Shown: positions 1-9,792 of the stretch, piece after piece | How the letters are laid out: each line of letters opens with the position of its first letter | Numbering within the stretch: position 1 is the stretch's first letter | Source: an uncultured Hyphomicrobiales bacterium | GTDB taxonomy: Bacteria > Bacteroidota > Ignavibacteria > Kapaibacteriales > UBA2268 | Reading direction: 5' to 3' | DNA length: 64,000 nucleotides | NCBI GenBank assembly: GCA_964606895.1 | Contig: CAZSHX010000004.1 | Coordinates: forward strand, 26,789-90,788 | Notes under the pieces: model-generated | Database searches by the model: none | What the model was told of the DNA's origin: nothing | Seen by the model: the letters and a program-made list of their open reading frames with translations, nothing else | Made by a program: the position numbers and the translations under genes

Positions 1-353
1 TTTTTGCCGATTCTGTTGAATTCATGCCAGGAAATTCTGCCGTATTTGTCTGATAAGCCTCTAACGACATCAAGAGTCTTGTCGTTAGAACCATCAGAGC
101 CAACAATTATATTGATTTTTTGATAAGGATAGTCACATTTCGCAACTGATTCAATTGCATCATGAATATATTCTTCTTCGTTGTAAGCGGCGATGATTAC
201 AGTAATTTCAGGCTCAAATTCATTTTTGTAGTTAATGTCATTTTTAACTATTTTGGATATTACAGCTAAGATTATTGGATAAAGCACAGTTACGTACAGA
301 AGAAAAATAACGCAAAGAACAAATAAGAGATTTATAATAAGCAAAATATCCAT
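1..353 (-). CDS. Family 2 glycosyltransferase, N-terminal part only; the gene runs off the left edge of the window
   Basis: The minus-strand ATG at 353..351 gives MDILLIINLLFVLCVIFLLYVTVLYPIILAV... (an N-terminal TM helix), then ITVIIAAYNEEEYIHDAIESV...IVGSDGSNDKTLDVV, a GT2 (DXD-type) signature. It is absent from the ORF track because it is truncated. It lies 44 bp downstream of the 398..2548 gene on the same strand. Confidence 0.6.
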   Translation of the reverse strand, partial: MDILLIINLLFVLCVIFLLYVTVLYPIILAVISKIVKNDINYKNEFEPEITVIIAAYNEEEYIHDAIESVAKCDYPYQKINIIVGSDGSNDKTLDVVRGLSDKYGRISWHEFNRIGK

Positions 354-397
354 TAATAAATTGTATTTCAATATTGATTAATTTTAAAAATAATGTC

Positions 398-2548
398 TTA
401 CATACTTACTTTATTGGTTTCTAACCAATTCTTAGCCGGTAGAAACCCGAGCTTTGCCGCTTTTCTAATTGGTTCGATTGCTTTGTTCTTTTGTTTAAGG
501 TCCATATAGGAAAGTCCCAAATTCATCAAATAACTTGTATTGTTTGGATTGTTCTGAACAGCCTTTGAAAACATTTCGGCGGCAAGTGAGAATTTTTTCT
601 GAACAGCATAAGCAGTGCCCATGTTGTTATAAGCACGGTCGTTTGTCGGGTCAATTTCAATTGCCTTTTTTAACGCTTCAATTGATTTATCGAAAAGTCC
701 CTGCCGACCGTAAAGTTCGCCTAAAGTGATATAGTTTTCAATGTCCTTTGGATTTTTCGCTTTCTGCTTTTCAAAAGATTTAGTTGATGAGGCAATTATT
801 TCCCTTGATTTTGTTGTATCAGCAGAATTTTTGTAAACCTCGAGAAGATTTGCCGCGGCATCACGATAGTCCGGTCTGATTTCGAGTGCTTTTTTGAACA
901 TAATCACTGCCGAGTCTTTTTTATTCAAGTTCATATAAGAAGCTCCCATTGCATTATAAAGTTCATGGTCGTTCTGTCTTAAGCGGTAAGCATTCCAAAG
1001 TGAAAAGATGGCATCCTGATGCAGGTTCTTTGCACCGTACAAAACTCCGAGGAATTTCCATGCTGTATAATAATAAGCATTAACATTCAAAGCAGTTTTC
1101 AAAAGTTTGATTGCCTCATCCCTATTCCCAAGGAAATTTTCAACATCTGCCAGGTTTTGATATGCTTCAAGATAATTAGGATTTATTCTGATTGCAGTAG
1201 TAAAATATTTCTTTGCCTGAAGTGGTTTTTGCTTTTCCTTGAGATAATTTCCCATATTGTAGTTCGCAAGAGCATTTTTGGGGTCAGTCGTTATTGCTCT
1301 GCCGAAGAAAGTAAAAATTGTATTATAATTCTTCGCATTTATAAATGAATATCCCGAAAAGAAAATAATCAAAGTTGCAAAAGCCGCAAGCAGATATTCA
1401 GTTTTGATTTTTGGTTTAAAGCTTTTGTAAATTTCAATCAAGATTATAAATACTCCAATCATCGGCAAATAGGAACGATGCTCGAAATATTCATAGCCGA
1501 AATCAGCATAATTATGTCTGTATGCCATAGCAGGAACTGCAAACAATAACCACCAGCCAATTCCGAAAAGGATTAATCCGCCGGTTTTCTTGTTTTTCTT
1601 CATTATCAGAAGAATAGCAATACCAACCATTAGAATTGTGCCAATTGAGGTCACTAAAGCAGTGAATTTAGGCATTGTGGATAGGCTGACCGGAAGAATG
1701 AATTTTGCAATGATTTCAGGTAAAGTAGGAATATTTGTAATAAATGAGTTTATACTGAATGAATTATCCCCGGGATTAGTTATAATAACTTTACTTCTTG
1801 CAACCATAAAAGCAAGTATTGTGGCAATATAAACTGCAATCAAAAGAATCAGGTAAGGATTTAGCTTCTTTTTTTTCATAACAACAAGGTAATATCCGGC
1901 ATAAACCATCGGGAAAAGTACGGCGGTTTCTTTTGAAAAAACAGCAAGAATAAAACTCAAAATATTTAAAGCAAGGAATTGATACCCTCCGGTTTCAACA
2001 AATTTAACAAAACCAATAAACGAAACAATCCCGAAAAATGCTATCATTAAATCACCGCGAGATGGAACCCATGCAACGGCATGAGTGAAAATGGGATGAA
2101 CAGCATAAATCAAGGCAACAAGCAAAGCCGCTTTTTTGTCGTATTTTAGTATTTTAAACAGAAAGAAGACCGAAAAACAAGTCAGAATATGAAAAATCAG
2201 ATTTGTCAAATGGAATCCTCCGGCATTTTTACCATTGAAAACTGCATCAATCATAAACGATACATTTTGGAGAGGACGATAGAAAGCAAGACCATCCCTT
2301 GAAAAGAAAGCATCTCTTGTAAAGGCTTCCTTTAGGTTAAATACCTTTGCCTGAGAATTGATGTTCTCCACAATGATTACTTTATCATCAAGATAAGTAA
2401 AGCCAAAATTCACAGTTTGCCCATAAACGATAATAACAAGAACAGTTATCAAAGCAAAAGCTACAGGAGTTTTTGTCAGTACTTCAAGAATATTATCAAT
2501 AATATTTGTCTTTTTTTCGATTCCCGGATTCAAATTATCTTGTGTCAT
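398..2548 (-). CDS. Polytopic membrane protein with a C-terminal TPR array; TMTC/PMT-like GT-C glycosyltransferase candidate (paralog a)
   Basis: 716 aa. About 10 predicted TM helices in the N-terminal 400 aa. An acidic loop-1 motif, YLDDKVII, follows TM1. The motifs FYRPLQNVSFMIDA, FHLTNLIFHILTC and WVPSRGDLMIAFFG are shared with the two downstream paralogs. The C-terminal roughly 300 aa are TPR repeats (AxxYxNxG periodicity). Confidence 0.6.
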   Translation of the reverse strand: MTQDNLNPGIEKKTNIIDNILEVLTKTPVAFALITVLVIIVYGQTVNFGFTYLDDKVIIVENINSQAKVFNLKEAFTRDAFFSRDGLAFYRPLQNVSFMIDAVFNGKNAGGFHLTNLIFHILTCFSVFFLFKILKYDKKAALLVALIYAVHPIFTHAVAWVPSRGDLMIAFFGIVSFIGFVKFVETGGYQFLALNILSFILAVFSKETAVLFPMVYAGYYLVVMKKKKLNPYLILLIAVYIATILAFMVARSKVIITNPGDNSFSINSFITNIPTLPEIIAKFILPVSLSTMPKFTALVTSIGTILMVGIAILLIMKKNKKTGGLILFGIGWWLLFAVPAMAYRHNYADFGYEYFEHRSYLPMIGVFIILIEIYKSFKPKIKTEYLLAAFATLIIFFSGYSFINAKNYNTIFTFFGRAITTDPKNALANYNMGNYLKEKQKPLQAKKYFTTAIRINPNYLEAYQNLADVENFLGNRDEAIKLLKTALNVNAYYYTAWKFLGVLYGAKNLHQDAIFSLWNAYRLRQNDHELYNAMGASYMNLNKKDSAVIMFKKALEIRPDYRDAAANLLEVYKNSADTTKSREIIASSTKSFEKQKAKNPKDIENYITLGELYGRQGLFDKSIEALKKAIEIDPTNDRAYNNMGTAYAVQKKFSLAAEMFSKAVQNNPNNTSYLMNLGLSYMDLKQKNKAIEPIRKAAKLGFLPAKNWLETNKVSM

Positions 2549-2678
2549 TATTTTTTTAAAATTTAGTTAATGATACTTCACATCCTGTAACTTGTTTTTT
2601 ACCCGAAAAGTTTAAGTATAATCATTTCTGGATGAAAAGAAACCGAAGTCATAAGTTACAACAATACAAAAATAAGAA

Positions 2679-4691
2679 TTATTTGCAAATTTGTTTCATT
2701 AAAGATGAAGCATTCGGATTTCCCAGTGAGGCAGAAATTTTCAAATCATTGCACATCTCGTCGCTACGACCAAGGCTTTGAAACGATAAAGCCCGATAAA
2801 AGTAAGCACCATCCAGACGTGAATCAATTGAAACAGCACTCGAGAAGTCGTGAATAGCACCTTTGAAATCCTTCATCTGAAATTTTGCGGCTCCTTTATT
2901 CATGTAAATTGTTGCATCTTTTGGATTAAGCGTGATGGCTTTGTCGTAATCAGCGACAGCACCTGCAAAATCTCCGGTATTGAATTTTGTCGTAGCCCTT
3001 GAAAGCCATGCCTCAATAACATTCGGGTTAATCTGAATAGCTTTGTTGCAATCTTCAATCGCACCGTTAAAATCATTCAGTTTTCTTTTCAGTATGCCCC
3101 TATTCACATAAGCTTGTGCGTAATTGGGATTACTCTCTATAGCTTTTGCATAATCAGACATAGCTCCGGCTATGTCATTCACAGGTATTTTAGAAATTGC
3201 CCTGTTGTAGTATGCTTCATAATAATCAGCTTTAAGCTGAATGGCTTTATTATAAAATTGAATAGCCTCATTATGATTTTTCAAATCGGCGTAAACAATT
3301 CCTGCATTATTGTAAGACTCGGCATAATCGGTTTTCAGACGTATTGCCTCCATATAGTCTTCAATCGCACCTTGTTTATTACCTTTGTTATTTTTCAAAG
3401 TGCCTCTGTTGTTTAGAGCCATTGCCGACTTTGGATTTGATTCTACGGCATAATCGTAGAATGAAAGGGCATCCTTATAATTATTTGTCCGAAGAAAGCT
3501 TAAACCTGCAAAAACAATGACAATCAATAAACCGGCATAAAGAATATTTTTCTTTATCTTTTGATTAGAAGTTAACTTAGATATAATTAACCCAATTATT
3601 ACTGAAATTCCAACCGAAGGCATATAAGCTCTATGCTCGAGATACTGGTATCCATATTCACCAAAATCTCTGGAAAAGAGCATACCGGGAAAGACTCCGA
3701 TAAGAAACCAGCCAAAAGCTACGAAATACAGAAACCGCTTTTCTTTGTCAGCCTTATAAATCATATAAGCAATCATTCCAATTAATAAAATACCAATTGA
3801 AGTTGAAAGAATTGAGAATCCGGGCATAGGAGAAAGATTTACGGGTAAGAAGTATTTACCGAATAGTTCCGGAAGAGTCTGAAGATTACCTATTAGCAAA
3901 CCCAAGCCAAAGATATCTCCTCCAGGTCTGGAATTTACGAATGAGTTTCTGATAAGGAGATAAAGAATTGCAAGCGACAAATAAACACCTATTGGAAGTA
4001 AATGCTCTTCCCACTTCTTCCTTCTTGATTCATTGAGCAGTATGTAAAGTATCACTATTCCCGGAAAGACAATCGCACTTTCCTTAGATAGCATTGCCGC
4101 AAAATAAAAAATTCCGGAAAGCAATAAACTTAGATAATTCTTTTTCTGACTGAAACTAATGTAATTGATAAACCAAAAGACACCGAACATTCCAATAAGT
4201 ATATCTCCTCTTGAAGGTATCCATGCAATCGAATGAGTAAACAGTGGATTTACTGCAAAAATCAATGTTGAAAGAAAAGCTGTAAGCTCATCAAATTTTA
4301 ACTTTTTCAATAACAGAAAAACGCCAATACAAGTTAGGAGATGAAATATCAAATTGAAAAAATAAAAACCCCAAATATTTCCTCCGCTGATTTGAGCATC
4401 CAGCATAAAGGAAATATTTTGCAAGGGCCGATAAAACATTATATTAGCAGTATTAAAAAAGGCACCCCGGGTGAAAGCCTCGCCAATATTCGATAAATGA
4501 CTGATAAAAGGTAAGTTCCCTGTTATAATCGCATCTTCGTCCAGTTTACCCAAAGGGAAGCCAAGTATTCTGAAATAGAGCAGGAATATAACAACTGCAA
4601 AAATTATGTAAATGTAGGGTGATTTCAGAAAGTTCAATTTTGAATTTTCTTCCTGTTTTTTCTGATTATTTTTATTCTTATTTTTACTCAT
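2679..4691 (-). CDS. TMTC/PMT-like GT-C glycosyltransferase candidate with TPR tail (paralog b)
   Basis: 670 aa. Same architecture: acidic motif LDEDAIITGN, then FYRPLQNISFMLDA, FNLIFHLLTC and WIPSRGDILIGMFG. The C-terminal half is TPR repeats (AxxNRG...AIxDYxKAI). Confidence 0.6.
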   Translation of the reverse strand: MSKNKNKNNQKKQEENSKLNFLKSPYIYIIFAVVIFLLYFRILGFPLGKLDEDAIITGNLPFISHLSNIGEAFTRGAFFNTANIMFYRPLQNISFMLDAQISGGNIWGFYFFNLIFHLLTCIGVFLLLKKLKFDELTAFLSTLIFAVNPLFTHSIAWIPSRGDILIGMFGVFWFINYISFSQKKNYLSLLLSGIFYFAAMLSKESAIVFPGIVILYILLNESRRKKWEEHLLPIGVYLSLAILYLLIRNSFVNSRPGGDIFGLGLLIGNLQTLPELFGKYFLPVNLSPMPGFSILSTSIGILLIGMIAYMIYKADKEKRFLYFVAFGWFLIGVFPGMLFSRDFGEYGYQYLEHRAYMPSVGISVIIGLIISKLTSNQKIKKNILYAGLLIVIVFAGLSFLRTNNYKDALSFYDYAVESNPKSAMALNNRGTLKNNKGNKQGAIEDYMEAIRLKTDYAESYNNAGIVYADLKNHNEAIQFYNKAIQLKADYYEAYYNRAISKIPVNDIAGAMSDYAKAIESNPNYAQAYVNRGILKRKLNDFNGAIEDCNKAIQINPNVIEAWLSRATTKFNTGDFAGAVADYDKAITLNPKDATIYMNKGAAKFQMKDFKGAIHDFSSAVSIDSRLDGAYFYRALSFQSLGRSDEMCNDLKISASLGNPNASSLMKQICK

Positions 4692-4708
4692 AAATTTTTA
4701 GTTTCCAA

Positions 4709-6517
4709 TTATTTGCAATACTGAATAATTAATTGTTCGGCTTCTTTGTTGCCTAAAGCTACTGCAGACTTCCAGTCGGAGCAGGCTCCGGGGCTGTCTT
4801 TCAATAAATATTTAACTTTACCGCGGTTCAGAAAAGCTTCAGGATTATTCTTGTTGAGTAGAATAGCTTTGCCAAAGTCTTTCAAAGCACCGGAATTATT
4901 ACCGAGCTGTGATTTCACACTTCCCATCGTTAAATATCCGGGCGAATAATTTGGATTAAGCTTCATAGCGGCTTCGTAATCTATCAATGCGTCCTGCAAT
5001 TTTCCTAAATCCAGTTTTATATTTGCAGTGTTAAATCTGGCTTGAAACAGTCCCGGCTTTAATTTTAAAGCAGTTTCATAATCCTTCAAAGCAGCGTTTT
5101 TGTCACCCAAACTGCTTTTCAAAATACCGAGGTTCACATAAACCTGAGCATAATCGGGTTTGAGCTTGATTGCTTCTTGGTAATCAGAAATAGCACCTTG
5201 AGTGTCTTTGATTTCATTTTTTACTAAACCGCGATTATTAACAGCCATTGCAGAATTTGGATTTGCTTCAACGGCAAGATTGTAAAATGTTAATGGATTT
5301 TCGTAATTTTTTGAATACACATAAGAGTATAGTCCATAAATGAGACTCAAGCAAATAAGAATAACCGGAATGGTCGAAATTTTTCGTACCTTTGATATTT
5401 CATTCATCAAACTTCCAAGTATAATCATCATCCCTAACATCGGAAGATAGGCTCTGTGTTCAAGGTAATCATAAGCAGACCCTCCGAGTTCATGGGAGTA
5501 AAGCAAACCGGGCAAAGCAAATAGAACAAACCACAAACTTCCAAAAAGATATATTTTCCGGGATTGTCTGAATTTCATTATCCCAATGATTAGTAAGACA
5601 ATTAAAGCTATCCCGATAAAAGTATTAAGTAAAGTAAATCCTGCCATAGGAGCAAGATGAACAGGAATAAAGAATTTTCCTATAAACTCAGGCAATGTTC
5701 TTATATTATTTAAAAAAGGCATTAACCCAAACTCATTGCCCGAAGGTAATTTATGCACGACAATGCTTCTTAAATAAAAATAGAAGACAGCCACTAAAAC
5801 ATAAGAAACAACAGGAACCAACATGTCCTTCAAACTAACTCTTTTTTCTTTATCTGAAGTTAAATAGAATGCTAAAAATGTCAGAGGAATAATCATTGCT
5901 GTTTCTTTTGATAACACAGCCAAAAGAAAAAAGAGAACATTGAAAGCTAAATCCTTTGGCTTTTTGTCATTTCTATATTTGACAAAAAATATGAAGGATA
6001 AAACTCCGAACAATCCAATAAGCAAATCACCTCTGGAAGGAGCCCATGCAATAGCCTGAACAAAAAGAGGATTGGCGAGAAATAGTAAGCTTACAGAAAA
6101 GTTGATTTTTTTATTTTCATTTAATAAATTCAGGAGATAATACAAGGAACAGACAGTAGATGCATGAATTAGCATATTCGAAAGATAATATCCCCATCCC
6201 ATTGGACCACTTAAATTGGCATCGAGCATTAAAGAGAGATTCTGCAATGGACGGTAGAAGTCAACACCATTAATGCTAAAAAAAGCATCACGAAAAAATG
6301 CTTCTTTAAGATTTCCAAAATCAGTAAGGAAGGGCAGATTATCAAGTATTATCAGGTTCTCATCAAATTTCCCGGGAAAAAAACCCAATATTTGCTGATA
6401 AACAACAAAGACAAGAATAAAAAAAACAGCAAAAGATAACGGATAGTTTGTTATTTGATACCAAAAATCTCTGCTCGCATTTTTGCTTTTTTTTGAATTT
6501 GGTTTTGTTTTGCTCAT
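4709..6517 (-). CDS. TMTC/PMT-like GT-C glycosyltransferase candidate with TPR tail (paralog c)
   Basis: 602 aa. Motifs FDENLIILDN, FYRPLQNLSLMLDA, SNMLIHASTV and WAPSRGDLLIGLFG. C-terminal TPR repeats. It starts 17 bp after paralog b and ends 5 bp after the upstream T9SS gene. Confidence 0.6.
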   Translation of the reverse strand: MSKTKPNSKKSKNASRDFWYQITNYPLSFAVFFILVFVVYQQILGFFPGKFDENLIILDNLPFLTDFGNLKEAFFRDAFFSINGVDFYRPLQNLSLMLDANLSGPMGWGYYLSNMLIHASTVCSLYYLLNLLNENKKINFSVSLLFLANPLFVQAIAWAPSRGDLLIGLFGVLSFIFFVKYRNDKKPKDLAFNVLFFLLAVLSKETAMIIPLTFLAFYLTSDKEKRVSLKDMLVPVVSYVLVAVFYFYLRSIVVHKLPSGNEFGLMPFLNNIRTLPEFIGKFFIPVHLAPMAGFTLLNTFIGIALIVLLIIGIMKFRQSRKIYLFGSLWFVLFALPGLLYSHELGGSAYDYLEHRAYLPMLGMMIILGSLMNEISKVRKISTIPVILICLSLIYGLYSYVYSKNYENPLTFYNLAVEANPNSAMAVNNRGLVKNEIKDTQGAISDYQEAIKLKPDYAQVYVNLGILKSSLGDKNAALKDYETALKLKPGLFQARFNTANIKLDLGKLQDALIDYEAAMKLNPNYSPGYLTMGSVKSQLGNNSGALKDFGKAILLNKNNPEAFLNRGKVKYLLKDSPGACSDWKSAVALGNKEAEQLIIQYCK

Positions 6518-6522
6518 ATTAC

Positions 6523-7713
6523 TTATTCCTTTACAAGCATTTTTAAATGATTTTCTGTCCTGATGAAATATATTCCGTTTACTAAAGAACTCATGTTTAC
6601 TAAAGATAACAGCTCGGGAGTTCTGAATTCCATAACTTTTATTCCTTGAAGATTTAATATTTCAATTCCCTTACAGGATTCCCGATTCTCAACAATAATA
6701 TTCAAATTTTCATGAACCGGATTTGGAAAAATTTTCAAAATGTTTTGAACTTGATTTCCATAAGGAACACTTACAAGTTCGCTTAACTTTGACCTGAATA
6801 TTCCGCCACCGTTGGTTCCGGCATAAATATCGTTTCCACTAATTGCAAGAGCTGATACTAATTTATTGGATAATCCTTTGCTGATTTCCGACCAATTGTG
6901 TCCGTAATCCTTAGAAATAAAAACTCCCGAATATGTGCCGGCAATTACGATATTGCCGTAAATGGTTAACGCAGTAATTGTTGTATTGCTCAAGTCATTA
7001 TTTTTCTCAGACCAAATATTCCCTGAATCTGACGATACGAAAATACCGCTGTAGGTGCCAGCAATAATATTATCCCTGATTACAGCAACAGCACTGATAT
7101 TTGAGTCTGTTAATCCATTGTTTTTTGGAGCCCAGTATGAGCCGTTATCAGATGAAAAATAGAGTCCACTGCCGAAAGTTCCTGCGATAATAAAGTTGTT
7201 ACTTATAAAAATTGATGATACTTTTGGGTTCGAAAATCCGTTGTTCTTTTGTTCCCAATTATCACCAAAATTTGTTGACAAGTAAATACCGCCTCCATAG
7301 GTACCTGCAAAAACATGCCCTTCATATTCGGCTATACATCTGATTTCTGAAACTGTCAATCCGTTGTTCTTTTCTATCCATGTATTTCCGGAATCAGAAG
7401 ATATATATACTCCCCCTGTAAAAGTACCTGCATAAATATTATTTCCGCTGACAGCTAAAGAAGAAATATTTAATTTTTTAAACCCGTTATTTTTCTGATT
7501 CCAGTTACTCCCAAAATTTGTTGAGACAAAAATTCCGCCGTGGTCTGTACCTGCATAAATGATGTTGCCACTAACAGCAATGGCATTTATTACACCTCCG
7601 AACAAGCCGCTACTGCAAGTTTCCCATTGCGAAAATGAGGACTGAAATAAAGCAAAAAACAATATTAATATGAATTTGAGAATATAACTTTCCAATAAAA
7701 TTTCATCAATCAA
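6523..7713 (-). CDS. Secreted beta-propeller (BNR/Ycf48-like repeat) protein with a T9SS C-terminal sorting domain
   Basis: 396 aa. Signal peptide. About eight repeats of the form GT..GG(I/V)(F/Y).S.D.G.(N/S)W. C-terminal tail ...IFPNPVHENLNIIVEN...GIYFIRTENHLKMLVKE, a type-A Por_Secre_tail pattern. Confidence 0.7.
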   Translation of the reverse strand: MIDEILLESYILKFILILFFALFQSSFSQWETCSSGLFGGVINAIAVSGNIIYAGTDHGGIFVSTNFGSNWNQKNNGFKKLNISSLAVSGNNIYAGTFTGGVYISSDSGNTWIEKNNGLTVSEIRCIAEYEGHVFAGTYGGGIYLSTNFGDNWEQKNNGFSNPKVSSIFISNNFIIAGTFGSGLYFSSDNGSYWAPKNNGLTDSNISAVAVIRDNIIAGTYSGIFVSSDSGNIWSEKNNDLSNTTITALTIYGNIVIAGTYSGVFISKDYGHNWSEISKGLSNKLVSALAISGNDIYAGTNGGGIFRSKLSELVSVPYGNQVQNILKIFPNPVHENLNIIVENRESCKGIEILNLQGIKVMEFRTPELLSLVNMSSLVNGIYFIRTENHLKMLVKE

Positions 7714-7796
7714 AGAAAATCAATGCCAAAATACTCAATACTTTTGAAAGTAGCAAATTGTGTGTGCATAAATGAAAAACTTCCTGAATATTTTAC

Positions 7797-9761
7797 CTAA
7801 TACTGAGCAAAAGTCTTTGGAATAATAATCTCAACTCTTGTGCCTGAAGGAGAATTGTTCTCATCGAAAAGGTCTATAATCCGCTCACTTAATGTTCCTG
7901 TTCTTACTGAATTGAAAAGTTCAATCCTTGATTTAGTGATACTCATCCCGTAAGATTTGTGAGTATATGGAGAACGATTTTTGATTTCAAGAGCTTTTTC
8001 CCTGCCGATACCATTATCCTCGATTATACAATAATAAGAATTTTCGTCTGATGTCAGAGTAATTTTAATTAATCCGTATTCACTTTTATTAAGCAACCCA
8101 TGAACAATCGCATTTTCAACATAAGGTTGGATAAGCATTGGAGGAAACTCTTCAACATATATATTGATATTTTCAGATATGTCAATTTCATATTTGAATT
8201 TATCTGTAAATCGTAATGATTCCAAATCAAGATACAATTTTAAGGTTTCGATTTCCTGAGAAAATAATATATATTGATTATCTGAATTCTCAAGAATTTT
8301 TCTCATGAGTTTCGAAAATTTCATCAGGTACTCTTTTGCATTTTCTTCGTCTTTTTTTGAAATCAGGAAAAGAATTGAATTTATTGAATTGAAAATGAAG
8401 TGCGGATTCATTTGCAATCTTAATGACTGAAGCTGATATTCGAGGGTTTTCTTTGTGAAAATCTCCCGTCTTATAAACTCTCTTCTTCGGTATGCCATAA
8501 CGAGTATGAAAATAATCAATAATGAAGCTCCTACCATCGAAAACATCAATTTGTTCCTGTTCGCAAGTTCCAAATCCTTAATAACGTTCTTCTGTTTCAA
8601 TAACTTATTTTCTTTGTTCTTCTTTTCGGAATTGTATCTTTTTTCAAGAATATTTATTTCACTCATTTTTGAGTTAGAATAAATGTTCAATTTTATTTCA
8701 ACACATAATCTATAATATTTCAATGCTTTTTCAAAATCATTCTTTTTTTCATAGTTCTGAGAAAGTAAATTATATGTATTCTGTAGTTTGTCAAAATTCG
8801 ATAATTTAATAGCCAATTCTTCCGACATATATCCGAAATTCAGGCTCAAAGCCAAATTATTTGCAAAAAAATTAATTTTTCCCAAAGTAAAGTAACATTC
8901 CAAAAGAAGATTATTATTTTTAAGCTTTTTAGCTAATTCCATAGATTTTAGAATATTCTTTTGTGCAGATTGAATATCTTTCTTTTCCAGAAAGATTATT
9001 GCATAAGTAGAATATATTTCAGCCTGAAGCAGTGAATCATTAATGCTCTTTGCAATCGACAATGCATGATTGGCACAAGACAAGGCTGAGTCTGGATTAT
9101 AGGTTTGCGTACTTATATAATCAGAATATAATTCTGCTCTTGCAGTATTTGCTAAAGCAATCCCATGCTTGTTACCATTTTTTTGAAACAGGGTTAATGC
9201 CAGATTATAATAATTGTTGCCTTCCTTAAAAAACTCAGGTCCCTTGAAACAGATTAATTTCCCGATTTCAACATAAGTAACTCCCAGTCTGTTTTGAATT
9301 GATAAACTATCGAAAATTTCTGATGCCTCAAGAAACTCACTCATTGATTCAGCATATTTTGCAAATTGTTTGTTAATCAGCCCCAGATAAATTAGCCCTT
9401 CAGCTTCTGCACTGTCAAGACCTTTTTTAGAAATATTTTTTAAAAGTGTGCGGCATTTTTTCTCAGCATCAACAGGAGAATTGTCCATTAATGAATGTAT
9501 AGCTGTTAACTCTGAGTTAATATAGGTCTGAGTTGGAATTGCAGAAAACAATTGGACGGACAAGCAAGCTGTAAGACACAATATAATACTAAATAAACAC
9601 AGATTTATCTTTCCATTTCCTTTACTTCCAATCTTTTGCAATATGTTCTTATTCATAATCATTAAATATCTTATTGAGCAAAAATAATACCAATCAATGG
9701 AAGGATAATTTATCAGGTTTTTAATATTCGTAAGAAAAGGGACGAAAAAATTAATCTTCAT
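7797..9761 (-). CDS. TPR-containing LytS/YehU-family sensor histidine kinase
   Basis: N-terminal TM or signal, then TPR-like repeats, a single TM (FSMVGASLLIIFILVMAY), the LytS-type His_kinase motif NPHFIFNSINSI, and a C-terminal HATPase (IIEDNGIG). The true start is probably the internal MIMNKNIL near 9662. Confidence 0.75.
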   Translation of the reverse strand: MKINFFVPFLTNIKNLINYPSIDWYYFCSIRYLMIMNKNILQKIGSKGNGKINLCLFSIILCLTACLSVQLFSAIPTQTYINSELTAIHSLMDNSPVDAEKKCRTLLKNISKKGLDSAEAEGLIYLGLINKQFAKYAESMSEFLEASEIFDSLSIQNRLGVTYVEIGKLICFKGPEFFKEGNNYYNLALTLFQKNGNKHGIALANTARAELYSDYISTQTYNPDSALSCANHALSIAKSINDSLLQAEIYSTYAIIFLEKKDIQSAQKNILKSMELAKKLKNNNLLLECYFTLGKINFFANNLALSLNFGYMSEELAIKLSNFDKLQNTYNLLSQNYEKKNDFEKALKYYRLCVEIKLNIYSNSKMSEINILEKRYNSEKKNKENKLLKQKNVIKDLELANRNKLMFSMVGASLLIIFILVMAYRRREFIRREIFTKKTLEYQLQSLRLQMNPHFIFNSINSILFLISKKDEENAKEYLMKFSKLMRKILENSDNQYILFSQEIETLKLYLDLESLRFTDKFKYEIDISENINIYVEEFPPMLIQPYVENAIVHGLLNKSEYGLIKITLTSDENSYYCIIEDNGIGREKALEIKNRSPYTHKSYGMSITKSRIELFNSVRTGTLSERIIDLFDENNSPSGTRVEIIIPKTFAQY

Positions 9762-9792
9762 CCCTTCATTTTAATCCTGAACCACTTTTTAT

